A stretch of DNA of 64,000 nt from Trueperaceae bacterium (GTDB lineage Bacteria; Deinococcota; Deinococci; Deinococcales; Trueperaceae): positions 2,272,001-2,336,000 of the forward strand of contig OZ243913.1 in the NCBI GenBank assembly GCA_965213705.1, in the 5' to 3' direction. The translations under genes were made by a program, and so were the position numbers. The notes below the pieces were generated by a model. That model had not been told where the DNA came from, searched no databases, and saw only the letters and a program-made list of their open reading frames with translations. This document shows, piece after piece, positions 21,790 through 32,266 of the stretch (position 1 is its first letter; every line of letters starts with the position of its first letter).

Positions 21790-23204
21790 AAACCAAGACG
21801 GCGCTCGTCTTAGGTGGCGGTTTCGCAGGCTTGTCGGCGGCGATTCACTTAGCGCTCGCAGGCCGTGAGGTGACGCTGCTCGAGCAAGCGCCGTCCCTGG
21901 GCGGCAAGGCGGGCGAGCACCGCGAACACGGCTACCGCTTCGACACCGGGCCGAGCGTGTTCACGCTGCCGCACGTCGTCGAGGAGTTGTTCAGAGCCGC
22001 GGGCGAGGTTTTGCCCTTCGAGTTGCGGCCGCTCGAGCCCCTGTGCCGCTACCTCTACCCGTCGGGCCGGGTGTGGGACGTGTACCAGGACGTCGACAAA
22101 ACGACCGCACAGTTGTCCAAACAAGAGGCCGACGCTTACCGCGCGCTGCTCCAGGTGGCGCGCGAACTGTTCGAGGCGTCCGCGCCGGTGTTCGTGTACG
22201 GACAGAGCCCGTCGCCCCTCGGCATGATGCGCTACGGTTTGCGGCACGGGCTGGCGGCGCGGCCGTTCAAGACGCTCGAAAACCTTATAGACGCTTCTAA
22301 ACCGTCGCCCGACCTCAAACGGTTTTTCCTGCGCTTCGCGACCTACTTCGGGGCCGACCCCTACCGCGCCCCGGCGGTGCTCCACAACATTGCCTGGGCC
22401 GAACTCGGGCTCGGGGTAAGCTACCCGGTGGGCGGGATTCACGCGGTCGTGGCAAATCTTGGGGCGTTGGCGGCGCGACTCGGCGTGACAGTTCGTACGG
22501 GTGTAGAGGTGGAACGGCTCGAGACGCGGGGGCTGCGCCTCGACACGGTCCACACGAGCGCGGGCGCGTTTCAAAGCGACGTGGTCGTGTCCTCGCTCGA
22601 CGTCGTCCGCACCCACAAGCTGCTCGGCCAGAGGGCGCGGGTGGAACGGCTCGAGCCCTCCTTGTCGGGCTTCGTCATGCTGCTCGGCGTGACGGGGGAG
22701 ACACCCCGGTTGGCGCACCACAGCATCAGTTTCTCAAACGACTACGGAGCTGAGTTTCGCGCCTTGGCCGCGGGCGCTTTCAGCGACGACCCGACGCTGT
22801 ACTTCTACGTCAGCAGCAAGTTGCAACCCGAAGACGCGCCGCCGGGCGGCGAAAACCTGTTCGTGATGGCGAACGCGCCCGCACTGAGAGACGGGCAGCC
22901 GCTGGACGAAGAGGCTTACGCGGAGCATCTTTTGGAGGTGCTCGAGCGGCGCGGTTTCAGTGTTACAAAGCGGCTCGCCGTGCGGCACATCCTCGGGCCG
23001 CAGCACTTGGCGGGGCTCGCGCACCGCGGCAGCATCTACGGCGCGGCTCCACATTCGCTCCTGAGCACCCTGCGGCCGAACCCGCGGGTTCGGGGCGTAA
23101 GCAACCTCGTTTTAGCCGGGGGTAGCGTTTATCCTGGGGGTGGGATTCCCCTAGCGCTGTTGTCGGGTAAAAACGCGGCGCGTCTGGTCTCGAGCCTGCC
23201 CTAG
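21786..23204 (+). CDS. CrtI-family desaturase, probably 1-hydroxycarotenoid 3,4-desaturase (CrtD-like)
   Basis: GGGFAGL, FDTGPSVFT, GGSVYPGGGIPLALLSG; placed after the hydratase and GT genes. Confidence 0.78.
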   Translation: MKTKTALVLGGGFAGLSAAIHLALAGREVTLLEQAPSLGGKAGEHREHGYRFDTGPSVFTLPHVVEELFRAAGEVLPFELRPLEPLCRYLYPSGRVWDVYQDVDKTTAQLSKQEADAYRALLQVARELFEASAPVFVYGQSPSPLGMMRYGLRHGLAARPFKTLENLIDASKPSPDLKRFFLRFATYFGADPYRAPAVLHNIAWAELGLGVSYPVGGIHAVVANLGALAARLGVTVRTGVEVERLETRGLRLDTVHTSAGAFQSDVVVSSLDVVRTHKLLGQRARVERLEPSLSGFVMLLGVTGETPRLAHHSISFSNDYGAEFRALAAGAFSDDPTLYFYVSSKLQPEDAPPGGENLFVMANAPALRDGQPLDEEAYAEHLLEVLERRGFSVTKRLAVRHILGPQHLAGLAHRGSIYGAAPHSLLSTLRPNPRVRGVSNLVLAGGSVYPGGGIPLALLSGKNAARLVSSLP

Positions 23205-23384
23205 CCGCAGGACGCTCGCCCGCGTCTCAGTACACCAAGGTGTGAGGGTCAAAGCTTTCGCCCTTACCCCCACCTCCCCGTCTCCCTGTCCCCACCCCGC
23301 CGCACATGAGGGTTTGCTTACATTCGCCCCTTGCCGCGCAAACCTTCACAGCTCGTCGCTCGGCCCGACTCTATGCTAAACACC

Positions 23385-25094
23385 ATGAGACCGGTAGTCC
23401 TGGCCCTTTTGCTGTTTTTGACCGCCTGCAGCGGCGGCGCACCCGACGCGGTAACGACCAAAGTCACGCCCAGCATTCTCAACTTCACCAGCCGCGCGCG
23501 CAGTACGGTGGTGACGCTCAAGAACTTAGAGACCGCAGCCCTCGACTTCACCCTGACCTCGAGTACAACCCGCGTCGGGCTGAAACCCGACAAGGGGCGC
23601 TTGGCACCCGGCGACACCGCGTATATCAGCGTTCACTTCGACTACAAAGGTTTGCGAAAAGGCCAACTTCTCAACGAGACGCTGACGCTGAAAACGCAAC
23701 CGGTCGGCGGCAAACTAAGCACCAAGACTATCCCGCTCGTGTTTGAAATGACCGTGGGCGGGCTCGACGCCTGCGGCGGTCAGCGCGCGGGGGCGAGCGC
23801 AGTCGGGAGCGCGCCGCGCCGCGCCGCAGCTTCCGGCCTGCCCTACGCAAGCCTGCCCTACGCAAACGGTGAACTTCTCGTGCAGGTGCGTCCCGGTTTG
23901 GACGTGCAGCGAAGTGACCCGCTCGAGCAGGTGCGCGCTGTCACTTTGAGCGTCGCTCAAGACTACGGTTTGGGCTTGCAAAGCGCGCCCGGCCTGTACC
24001 GACCCACCCTGGTTAAAGTACCTGCAGGTGAGTCTGTGCTGGCGGCTAAAGCCCGCTTGGCGCGCGACCCCCGGGTCGCGTACGCCGAACCCAACTACTA
24101 CCTGGAGCTTTTGGGCGTGCCGGACGACCCCTTTGTGGCGAGCCAGTGGAACCTGCTGGAGTTCGGCTTGTCCCAAGCCTGGGACGTAGAAACCGGCACC
24201 GGCAAGGTCGTCGTCGCCATTATCGACAGCGGGGTTTACGGCAAACACGAGGACTTGAGCGGTAAACTGCTGCCCGGTTGTGACTTTTTTGACGGTGACA
24301 GCGACGCTGCGCCGGGTTTGGACAGCGGTTTTGAAGCCGGTCACGGCACGCACGTTGCCGGAATCGCCGCTGCGGTCGGCAACAACGGTACGGGCGTGGC
24401 GGGTGTCGCCTACGGCCCCGGCGTCAAGCTGTTGCCCATCAAAGTTTTTGACGACGTGGGTACGGCCGGGACGGTGAACGAACTTTTGAACGGACTTTTG
24501 TGGGCGGCGGGCCTGCCGGTCGAGGGTGTGGCGACCAACCCGTACCCGGCCGACATCATCAACATGAGCCTCGGCATCGACACAGCAAAGTTGACGGACG
24601 GGGTTTTACAGTCCGTCGGCGAGGTGACCAAGCGGGTGCTGGACCGCGGCGTCGTCATGTTCGCCGCGACGGGCAACAACGGCTTCGACGACCGCGTCTT
24701 CGCGCCCGCCAGTGCGCCTGCGGTGTACGCAGTCGGGTCGGTCGACGGCAACAGAAACCGCTCGGCGTTTTCGAACTACGCGACGCGCGGCGCGACCGTC
24801 GACTTTATGGCCCCTGGGGGCGAAAGTCCGGCTAGCGAGTGCTTTTCGGTTCTCAGCACGTTTCCGCTAAACGACTACGTATGCCAAGCGGGCACGTCGA
24901 TGGCGTCACCGTTTGTGGCGGGGGTGGCGGCCTTGTTGCTGAGCCGAAACCCCGGCCTCAGCCCGGCACAACTCAAGGCCAAACTCGCCGAATCGGCGTT
25001 TTTCGACCCCGCCTACATGACCCCCCAAGAATACGGCAGCGGCGTCGTCTGCGCCGACAAGGCTGTCGGCGCGGCCACGCGCTGCGGCCGCTGA
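23385..25094 (+). CDS. S8 subtilisin-like serine protease, lipoprotein
   Basis: Lipobox LTAC; catalytic triad motifs IIDSG, HGTHVAG, GTSMASP. Confidence 0.9.
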   Translation: MRPVVLALLLFLTACSGGAPDAVTTKVTPSILNFTSRARSTVVTLKNLETAALDFTLTSSTTRVGLKPDKGRLAPGDTAYISVHFDYKGLRKGQLLNETLTLKTQPVGGKLSTKTIPLVFEMTVGGLDACGGQRAGASAVGSAPRRAAASGLPYASLPYANGELLVQVRPGLDVQRSDPLEQVRAVTLSVAQDYGLGLQSAPGLYRPTLVKVPAGESVLAAKARLARDPRVAYAEPNYYLELLGVPDDPFVASQWNLLEFGLSQAWDVETGTGKVVVAIIDSGVYGKHEDLSGKLLPGCDFFDGDSDAAPGLDSGFEAGHGTHVAGIAAAVGNNGTGVAGVAYGPGVKLLPIKVFDDVGTAGTVNELLNGLLWAAGLPVEGVATNPYPADIINMSLGIDTAKLTDGVLQSVGEVTKRVLDRGVVMFAATGNNGFDDRVFAPASAPAVYAVGSVDGNRNRSAFSNYATRGATVDFMAPGGESPASECFSVLSTFPLNDYVCQAGTSMASPFVAGVAALLLSRNPGLSPAQLKAKLAESAFFDPAYMTPQEYGSGVVCADKAVGAATRCGR

Positions 25095-25265
25095 AGGATT
25101 TCAGAAGTGGGCGTCCGCCCGAAAATAGGCCGCTCGAGGACGCAAGTTTCAGACAAGAGCAGTTTTAAACAAAGCGTAGCAGCCCAAGCACTCCCGTTTT
25201 GTCCCACCGCTCGAGAAACCTCCGCCGCGTTCGTTCTTACCCGCACGCTTTGTTTGACCTCGAGC

Positions 25266-25301
25266 TGACACCTGTCACCCCTTCGACCTGACGGTTGCAG
25301 G
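25266..25301 (+). promoter_or_regulatory. Candidate NarL/DesR-type response regulator binding sites
   Basis: Perfect TGACA-CC-TGTCA plus a degenerate CCTGACGGTTGCAGG about 23 bp downstream, upstream of the ABC operon. Confidence 0.55.
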
Positions 25302-25347
25302 TAGTCGGTCCTCGGCAGTTGCGGCATACTCCTGGTAGGAGGACGCC

Positions 25348-26304
25348 ATGACGGCTTCAGGCACGACTAAAACAAGGCCAACACCCTCAAACTCGACGGT
25401 CGCCGAACTCCGCGCCGTGAGCAAAAGTTACGGCGCGGTTCGGGCGCTCGAGGACGTCAACTTAAACATATATGCGGGCGAGGTCGTCGCCCTGCTCGGT
25501 CCGAACGGCGCGGGCAAGACGACCGCCGTAAGCCTGCTGCTCGGCTTGCTGCGACCCACCGCGGGCGACGTGCGTCTGTTCGGGGAAAACCCGCAAGACG
25601 CCGCCGTCCGTACGCGGGTCGGCGCGATGCTGCAAGTCTCGGGCGTGCCGCAAACCCTCAAAGTCAGGGAGCACGTCGACCTGTTCCGCAGTTACTACCC
25701 GAACCCGCTCGGCGCGGCGGAAACCCTCGAACTGGCCGGCCTCGCCAAGGTTGCCGCCCGGCCCTACGGCAAGCTCTCGGGCGGGCAACAGCAGCGGCTT
25801 CACCTGGCGCTCGCGCTCTGCGGCAACCCCGACCTCGTCTTTTTGGACGAGCCCACGACCGGCCTCGACGTGGGCTCGAGGCGCGCACTGTGGGACACCA
25901 TCCGCGGTTTTGTTCAGGGCGGGCGCACGGTCGTTTTGACGACGCACTATCTTGAAGAAGCCGACGCCCTCGCCGACCGCATCGTCGTCGTCGACCACGG
26001 CCGCGTCATCGCCGAGGGCACGCCGAGCGACATCAAAGCTCAAACAGCGGGCCGCAAAATCCGCGTGGTCTCGAGCCTGACCTGTTCGTTTATCGAGGCT
26101 CTGCCCGGCGTGACCTCGGTGCGGCGTGACGGCGCGGCTTTCGAAATTTTGGCGGTCGAAGCTGAAAGTGTGGTGTTGCACCTTTTGCAGAACGACCCCT
26201 CCTTAAGCGGTTTGGAAGTTGTCAGCGCAGGTTTGGAAGACGCTTTTTTAGCCCTGACGGCCGCAGAAATTTCGAAGGACTCAAAAGAAAGGAAAGCCGC
26301 ATGA
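25348..26304 (+). CDS. ABC transporter ATP-binding protein
   Basis: GPNGAGKTT, LSGGQ, LDEPT. Confidence 0.93.
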   Translation: MTASGTTKTRPTPSNSTVAELRAVSKSYGAVRALEDVNLNIYAGEVVALLGPNGAGKTTAVSLLLGLLRPTAGDVRLFGENPQDAAVRTRVGAMLQVSGVPQTLKVREHVDLFRSYYPNPLGAAETLELAGLAKVAARPYGKLSGGQQQRLHLALALCGNPDLVFLDEPTTGLDVGSRRALWDTIRGFVQGGRTVVLTTHYLEEADALADRIVVVDHGRVIAEGTPSDIKAQTAGRKIRVVSSLTCSFIEALPGVTSVRRDGAAFEILAVEAESVVLHLLQNDPSLSGLEVVSAGLEDAFLALTAAEISKDSKERKAA

Positions 26305-27098
26305 CCCGTTCTCAAGCTGTCACGCCTACAAAAACCCGCAACCTCGCCAAAGTGTTCTGGCTCGAGGCCAAGTATGAGTTTTTGAAAAACCTGCGCCTGC
26401 CCGTCTACGCCGTCTCCACCATCGTTTTCCCACTGATGTTCTACGTGCTGTTCGGCCTGATGTTCGGCTCCAGCGACGCGGGCGGCGTGAGCGTGGCGAC
26501 CTACATGCTGGCGACTTACGGCGCGTTCGGCGTTATTGGGGCGGCGCTGTTCGGGTTCGGCGTCGGGGTGGCAGTTGAGCGGGGGCAGGGCTGGATGCGC
26601 CTGAAACGCGCCTCGCCGATGCCGCCCCTGGCTTACTTTACGGCTAAAACGGCGATGGCCCTTTTCTTCAGCGCCATCGTGGTGCTGTGCCTGTTCGCCC
26701 TCGGCGTCACGGTCGGCGGCGTGCGGCTGGCACCCATGCAGTGGTTGAGTTTGTTCGGCGTCCTGCTCTTGGGCGCGTTTCCGTTCGCGGCGATGGGATT
26801 GATGTTCGGTTACCTCGTGGGGCCGAACTCGGCACCGGCCATTCTCAACCTGGTTTACTTACCTATGGCGTTTTTGTCGGGGTTGTGGGTGCCGATTCAG
26901 GCCCTGCCCGAGGCGATTCAGGGTTTGGCACCCTTTTTGCCGCCCTACCATTTTGCGCAGCTCGCGCTTGGCGTTTTCGGGGCAGGAACGGGCGGCAACG
27001 CTTGGACACACGCGGCGGTGCTGCTCGGGTTCACGGCCTTGTTCCTCGTCCTCGCTATAGTCTTATACCGCCGTGACGAGGGAAAAACTTACGGATGA
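26301..27098 (+). CDS. ABC-2 type permease
   Basis: Six hydrophobic segments; ERGQGWMRLKRASP motif. Confidence 0.88.
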   Translation: MTRSQAVTPTKTRNLAKVFWLEAKYEFLKNLRLPVYAVSTIVFPLMFYVLFGLMFGSSDAGGVSVATYMLATYGAFGVIGAALFGFGVGVAVERGQGWMRLKRASPMPPLAYFTAKTAMALFFSAIVVLCLFALGVTVGGVRLAPMQWLSLFGVLLLGAFPFAAMGLMFGYLVGPNSAPAILNLVYLPMAFLSGLWVPIQALPEAIQGLAPFLPPYHFAQLALGVFGAGTGGNAWTHAAVLLGFTALFLVLAIVLYRRDEGKTYG

Positions 27099-27217
27099 AA
27101 AAGTACCGAGGCCCGAGTAAAAAGTGAAATCAAAAGCTTCTCTGCTTCTTCCTTTCGATATCAAGCCACTCGAGAACGGACGGTGCATGAGTTGAAAACT
27201 TACTCTAGAATGAACCC

Positions 27218-28345
27218 ATGCGCGCCGCCCTGAGTCCCCGCAAGATAGGCTGGGAGCCCTACTTTTACCTCGTCTACCTCGTCTTTTTGATTTTCCAGCC
27301 TGTCTTCGATCCCGAGCGCGGCTTGCTGGACCTGGTCGTCGTCGGCCTTATGCTGGCGATTTTTTTGCCCGTTTACTTTTGGACGTTTGGGCAGTGCGGG
27401 CCGAAAGTTCTGTGGGGCGTCGCGGTGATGGCGCTGCTCGGGACGGTGGGCATGTGGTTCAATTCGGGCTCAAGCGTGTTCCTCATCTACGCCGCGGCGG
27501 CAGTGGGCGGTGCGTTGCGGCCGAGTCGAGCGGCGTGGGTCATCTTCGGCACCCTCGCCCTTGCCGCAGTGTCCGCCCTGTTTTCGCCGATTCCACTACC
27601 TTACCGCGCTTGGGCTTACGGCCCGGTTTTCTTTTTCGCGCCGCTCATCGGCTTTATAAACATTTATCAAGCTGAAAAAGGACGCTCCAACGCAAGGTTG
27701 CGTCTCGCTCAGGACGAGTTGGAGCACCTAGCCACCATCGCCGAGCGCGAGCGCATCGCCAGAGACCTCCACGACCTGCTGGGGCACACCTTGTCGGTCA
27801 TCACCCTGAAAAGCGAACTCGCGGGCAGGTTGATAGCTAAAGACGCTGTCAGGGCGCAGCAAGAAATAGGCGAGGTCGAGCGTATCTCCCGTGAGGCCCT
27901 GGGCGAGGTGCGCGCGGCGGTGAGCGGCTACCGCGCCACGGGTTTCACGGCCGAACTCGCCCAAGCCAAGCTGGCGTTGGAGCCCGCCGGGGTGAGTTTC
28001 GCTTTTCGCGGCGACCCCGCGCTGCTCACGCCGCTCCAAGAAAGCACCCTCTGCCTCGTGCTGCGCGAGGCGGTCACCAACATCGTGCGGCACGCGTCGG
28101 CAACGCGCTGTTTTGTCGAACTCGTCAGCGAGGGCGGCCGTTTGCGGCTCGAGATTGTGGACAACGGCCGGGGCATGAGTAGAAGCGCGACGGGCAACGG
28201 CCTACGCGGCATGACTGAACGCTTGCAACTTTTGGGCGGCAAACTGGACGTGGTTTCGCTGCAGGGCACGCGCTTGTCGATTCGGCTGCCCAGGGCCGCG
28301 CCGAAGGAAACCGCGCCGCAGCTCGAGCCCGTCCCTCAACCATGA
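27218..28345 (+). CDS. DesK-like membrane sensor histidine kinase
   Basis: ERERIARDLHDLLGHTL, REAVTNIVRHA, DNGRG, GNGLRGM. Confidence 0.92.
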   Translation: MRAALSPRKIGWEPYFYLVYLVFLIFQPVFDPERGLLDLVVVGLMLAIFLPVYFWTFGQCGPKVLWGVAVMALLGTVGMWFNSGSSVFLIYAAAAVGGALRPSRAAWVIFGTLALAAVSALFSPIPLPYRAWAYGPVFFFAPLIGFINIYQAEKGRSNARLRLAQDELEHLATIAERERIARDLHDLLGHTLSVITLKSELAGRLIAKDAVRAQQEIGEVERISREALGEVRAAVSGYRATGFTAELAQAKLALEPAGVSFAFRGDPALLTPLQESTLCLVLREAVTNIVRHASATRCFVELVSEGGRLRLEIVDNGRGMSRSATGNGLRGMTERLQLLGGKLDVVSLQGTRLSIRLPRAAPKETAPQLEPVPQP

Positions 28346-28944
28346 TTCGCGTCGTCTTGGCCGAAGACCAGGGCATGGTGCGCGGCGCGTTGGCGGCGTT
28401 GTTGGAACTTGAAGGCGACATCACCGTCGTCGGGCAAGCGCCGGACGGGGCGGCGGCTTTGGAGCTTGTTCGAGAACTGCGGCCCGACGTGCTCGTCACC
28501 GACATCGAGATGCCCCTTTTGACGGGGCTCGAGCTGGCTCAAGCAGTCAAAGCCGAAAATTTAGGAACTCGAGTGGTCATCGTCACCACCTTCGCGCGGG
28601 GCGGCTACCTGCGCCGGGCTTTGGAGGCCGGGGCCGCGGGCTACTTGTTGAAGGACGCGCCCGCGGCCGACCTCGCCGACGCCCTGCGCCGCGTCCATGC
28701 CGGTGGCCGCGCGGTAGACCCCGCCCTCGCCGCCGCAGCCTGGGGCGAGCCCGACCCGCTCACCGAGCGCGAGCGCCAGGTGGTGCGTTTGGCGGGCGAG
28801 GGCAAAACGAGCGGCGACATCGCTGCACTCTTAAACCTGTCCGACGGCACGGTGCGCAACTACTTGTCCGAAGCCATCAGCAAACTCGGGGTGAGTAACC
28901 GCATCGAGGCGGCGCGTCTGGCGCGGGAGAAGGGCTGGCTGTAG
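28342..28944 (+). CDS. DesR-like NarL/LuxR response regulator
   Basis: REC domain (DIEMP) and HTH LSDGTVRNYLS. Confidence 0.93.
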   Translation: MIRVVLAEDQGMVRGALAALLELEGDITVVGQAPDGAAALELVRELRPDVLVTDIEMPLLTGLELAQAVKAENLGTRVVIVTTFARGGYLRRALEAGAAGYLLKDAPAADLADALRRVHAGGRAVDPALAAAAWGEPDPLTERERQVVRLAGEGKTSGDIAALLNLSDGTVRNYLSEAISKLGVSNRIEAARLAREKGWL

Positions 28945-29084
28945 CTCGAGTTGAGTTTTATGGCTCGAGGCTCGCCTTACGCTGCTAGCATGGCGTCGGG
29001 CGCGTTGCTCGTTTTCGTTCGCAGCGTGCGGGGCTGGCCTGAAAAAGGAGGGCGAGACTTATCCGTGACGAATCGGGTTATAGC

Positions 29085-30323
29085 ATGTGTTGGAAGATAA
29101 TAGCGATTCTCGTGCTGAGTTTGGCAACCCCAGGGCTGGCGGCTTTCCTTCCCGACAGTTCGGCAGCCGCACGAACGGACAACGTGATGCCTGCACAATC
29201 GTCTGGTGAAACGCCCCTCGAGGAAGAAACGAAGACCTTTGACGGCGTCAACGCTATCGGCACCGAACTTTCCAGCGGCTCCAAGCTGGCAGTGGGCCAG
29301 AACAGTCTCAAATCGCCTACCCCGATAACGCTTCAGACTTTCGACAACCGGCCCGAAGGCGGCGACCCGAGGTTTAAGCCCATCGGTCTCCGTACCGTCG
29401 TCGAATTGCCGCTGGCGCAGGTGAACCTGTCGGACCCGATGATTAGAACTTTGTTCATCTATGCCCCAGCCTTGGAAGGTGCTTACGAGACCTCTGTGCA
29501 ACCCGTTCAAGAAGTCACCATCTCGGTTGGTAAAGGAAAAGAATATGTCTTTCTGGATAGCTACATTCCCGACTTTCCCGTCATCATCACACCAGCCATC
29601 ATCGAAAGCGTGCTGGATATTTACCCGTTCCGTCCCAAACTGCTGAGAATATCGGTACAGCCTGTAGATGCAAGGGATTTCTTCGAATTTCCAACACCCG
29701 ACGAGTCTTCGCTGAGCCTTAGAGCAGACGAGGTTTTCGTGCAAGCGCAAACACATACCCCCGCTGTGATTTTTGAGGAAACCAAAACTTTTGGAACTGA
29801 AATCGTTGATGGAAAACATAGAGGTGGGGAAATCAACATTCCTAACCTCGACCTTATACCTTGTACCGCCAGAAACGGTTTTTGTGACTATGCTGTCGGT
29901 GTTTACAGTGGCGCGTTTAATAGAGAATCGAACGTTACCCTACGCGTTATTGCAAATCAGCAACCGTCCTTCTCCGGTCAAGAAGCAATCGGGCATCAGG
30001 TTTCCGCCGAACTGCCGTGGGAATCGCTTACCTTAGATACTTCTGTCAGTGTCATGACTTTGTTCGCCCCCACCTTCCCCGGTGTTTACGAAGAAAATCT
30101 CGGTTTCATAGCCGCAGAAGTTCAAATCAGCTTCGACGGCAAGGTTTACTCGTACCTCCGAGACTACGGCTTGGGTGACCCGCTGTGGGTATATGCCGGG
30201 AACATCGTTTCGGGGATGCGCGAGTTGGGAATCCGTCAGGCTGAAACGATTCGCATTTCTGTTTTGCCTATCAGTAACAAAAACACCTTTAAAGACGCCG
30301 GTAGTTCTCCAAAAAATCCCTGA
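29085..30323 (+). CDS. Secreted hypothetical protein with an internal two-domain duplication
   Basis: N-terminal signal peptide, long ORF with lower GC, two homologous halves. Confidence 0.7.
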   Translation: MCWKIIAILVLSLATPGLAAFLPDSSAAARTDNVMPAQSSGETPLEEETKTFDGVNAIGTELSSGSKLAVGQNSLKSPTPITLQTFDNRPEGGDPRFKPIGLRTVVELPLAQVNLSDPMIRTLFIYAPALEGAYETSVQPVQEVTISVGKGKEYVFLDSYIPDFPVIITPAIIESVLDIYPFRPKLLRISVQPVDARDFFEFPTPDESSLSLRADEVFVQAQTHTPAVIFEETKTFGTEIVDGKHRGGEINIPNLDLIPCTARNGFCDYAVGVYSGAFNRESNVTLRVIANQQPSFSGQEAIGHQVSAELPWESLTLDTSVSVMTLFAPTFPGVYEENLGFIAAEVQISFDGKVYSYLRDYGLGDPLWVYAGNIVSGMRELGIRQAETIRISVLPISNKNTFKDAGSSPKNP

Positions 30324-30340
30324 GCCAAACAAAAAGCCAG

Positions 30341-31462
30341 CTATGACTGTTTAGCCGCCCACGGTTGAACCCGCCCATAGGTCAGCGTTCTCCACAACCA
30401 CTCGAGCGCCCCATACTGAAAAAACCGCAGCCACAGCGCGCTCACAACAACCTGCACCGCAAAGATGCCGAGGCTGATGAAAAACGTCGTCGCCGCGCCG
30501 AGTTGGCCGTAGTAGCCCAAACCGTAGCCGTAAAAAATCAGCGTACACACGACCGACTGGCCGAGGTAGTTACTCAGCGCCGTCCGCCCGATGGGACTCA
30601 AAAACTGCAAGCGCCGCTGCCAGGGGTCACGCTGTAACAGCAAACTCAGACCGGCGAGGTAGGCAAAGCCCAAAAACGGGCTGGCGACGAAGTACTCGAG
30701 CAAGTACGTCCACCCTGTAACAGCGTCACCCCTCAGAACCGTGTAGAGATAAAGCCCGAAGATGGGCAGGGCGACGGCGAGCGACACGGCAAACACCCGC
30801 AGCAGCCAGGGCCGGTTCGCTGCGACCTCGGCCACGCCGCGCCGCCCGACGAGGTAGCCGAGCAGGAAAAGCCCGAGCAGTTGACCGCCGAAGATAATCG
30901 TTCCGCCGAGCAAGTCGGCGGAATACTCGGCCGCCCGCAAGGCCGTGATGCTGAGGTAGTCGCCGGTCGCGTAGAGGCTGGTCTCGAGCGAAGCAGGGTT
31001 GGGTAGGGTGCTCGAGAGCGGTGACACGAGCAGTAGCGACAGCAACCAGCCGGCCCCGGCGCTCAGCACGAGCCGCCGGTCGCCGAAGTGCCGAAACGCG
31101 GGCAGCAGCAAGCCAAGAAGCGCGTAAGCCGCCAAAATATCGCCGCGCCAAATCAAAAAGCCGTGGACAAGTCCGAAGCTGAGCAACACGAACAGCCGCC
31201 GCCGGAAAACAGGTAAAACGGCTTCTCCTTTGCGCAACTGGAGCGCGAACCCGAGACCGAACAAAAACGAGAACATCGGATAAAACGTGCCCTCGCCGAG
31301 CAGGCGGATGGCGGCCGCCACGGTCCGGTCGAGTCCTGTGGCGCTCGGCCCGGTGTAGGCCTGCAACACGTTGACGACGAGCACGCCGAACAGCGCAAAG
31401 CCGCGTAGAATATCGAGGGTGATGATGCGCTTTGTCGGCTGGGTGGGGTTGAAAACTGTCAC
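30341..31462 (-). CDS. DUF418 (YeiB-like) membrane protein
   Basis: LDILRGFALFG, FSFLFGLGF, GRTALSNYLGQS, GALEWLWR. Confidence 0.88.
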   Translation of the reverse strand: MTVFNPTQPTKRIITLDILRGFALFGVLVVNVLQAYTGPSATGLDRTVAAAIRLLGEGTFYPMFSFLFGLGFALQLRKGEAVLPVFRRRLFVLLSFGLVHGFLIWRGDILAAYALLGLLLPAFRHFGDRRLVLSAGAGWLLSLLLVSPLSSTLPNPASLETSLYATGDYLSITALRAAEYSADLLGGTIIFGGQLLGLFLLGYLVGRRGVAEVAANRPWLLRVFAVSLAVALPIFGLYLYTVLRGDAVTGWTYLLEYFVASPFLGFAYLAGLSLLLQRDPWQRRLQFLSPIGRTALSNYLGQSVVCTLIFYGYGLGYYGQLGAATTFFISLGIFAVQVVVSALWLRFFQYGALEWLWRTLTYGRVQPWAAKQS

Positions 31463-31547
31463 GCGAAGGCCAGTCTAGCTTTGCGACGAGCGCCAAGGGT
31501 TCGGCCGGGCTACGGCTGAGCGGCGTTCTAGCGGTATGCTGATAGGC

Positions 31548-32120
31548 ATGAAAATTTACACAAAAACCGGAGACAAGGGCGAGACCGGGCTGTACGGCGG
31601 CGCGCGGGTGTCTAAAGACGACGCGCGGGTCGCGGCTTACGGCACCGTCGACGAGGCCAACGCGGCGCTCGGGGTGGCGCGGGCTTACTACGCCGACAAG
31701 GCCGTCAACGACGACCTTGAAGTCGTCCAGAACGTACTTTTCGATGTCGGGGCCGACCTCGCCACGCCGCAGGATTCGAAGTACCGCAGCCAAGTTACGG
31801 CGATTGACGAGGGCGACGTGCGCGACTTGGAGCGCCTCATTGACCGCTATGACGGCGAGCTGGAGCCGCTCAAAAACTTTGTCCTGCCCGGCGGCCACGA
31901 GGCGGCGGCGGCGCTCCACTTTGCTAGAACCGTGGTGCGCCGCGCCGAGCGCGAGGTCGTCGCTTTAAGTCGGCAGGAGGCCGTGAACCCGCAGGTCGCC
32001 ATCTACTTGAACCGCTTGTCCGACCTGCTGTTCGTGATGGCGCGCGTCGTCAACATGCGCATGGGCGTGAGCGAGACGCGCTGGCTGGTAAAGGGGCGGG
32101 CGCGGGCGAAGGTTCGCTGA
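31548..32120 (+). CDS. PduO-type cob(I)alamin adenosyltransferase
   Basis: MKIYTKTGDKGET, YGTVDEAN, RRAER, YLNRLSDLLF. Confidence 0.93.
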   Translation: MKIYTKTGDKGETGLYGGARVSKDDARVAAYGTVDEANAALGVARAYYADKAVNDDLEVVQNVLFDVGADLATPQDSKYRSQVTAIDEGDVRDLERLIDRYDGELEPLKNFVLPGGHEAAAALHFARTVVRRAEREVVALSRQEAVNPQVAIYLNRLSDLLFVMARVVNMRMGVSETRWLVKGRARAKVR

Positions 32121-32266
32121 AAAAGCGCCTTTTGCTTGCTGCGAGAAAGGGGGCGGAGGAGCCGGAATTTAAAGATTTTTCTACTATCTCCACCGCTCCT
32201 CATTTCCTCCGCGCTTCGTCAAACCTTGCCACAAACCAAGTTGCCGACACCCCAAAAGGACATTCC

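Noticed and set aside
28977..29030. Minus-strand stretch resembling a tmRNA tag (ANEN... and LAA-stop)
   Set aside because: The two pieces are in different frames and no tmRNA tRNA-like ends are present.
28977..29819. 280-aa minus-strand ORF
   Set aside because: Antisense to the secreted repeat protein and lacks protein-like features.
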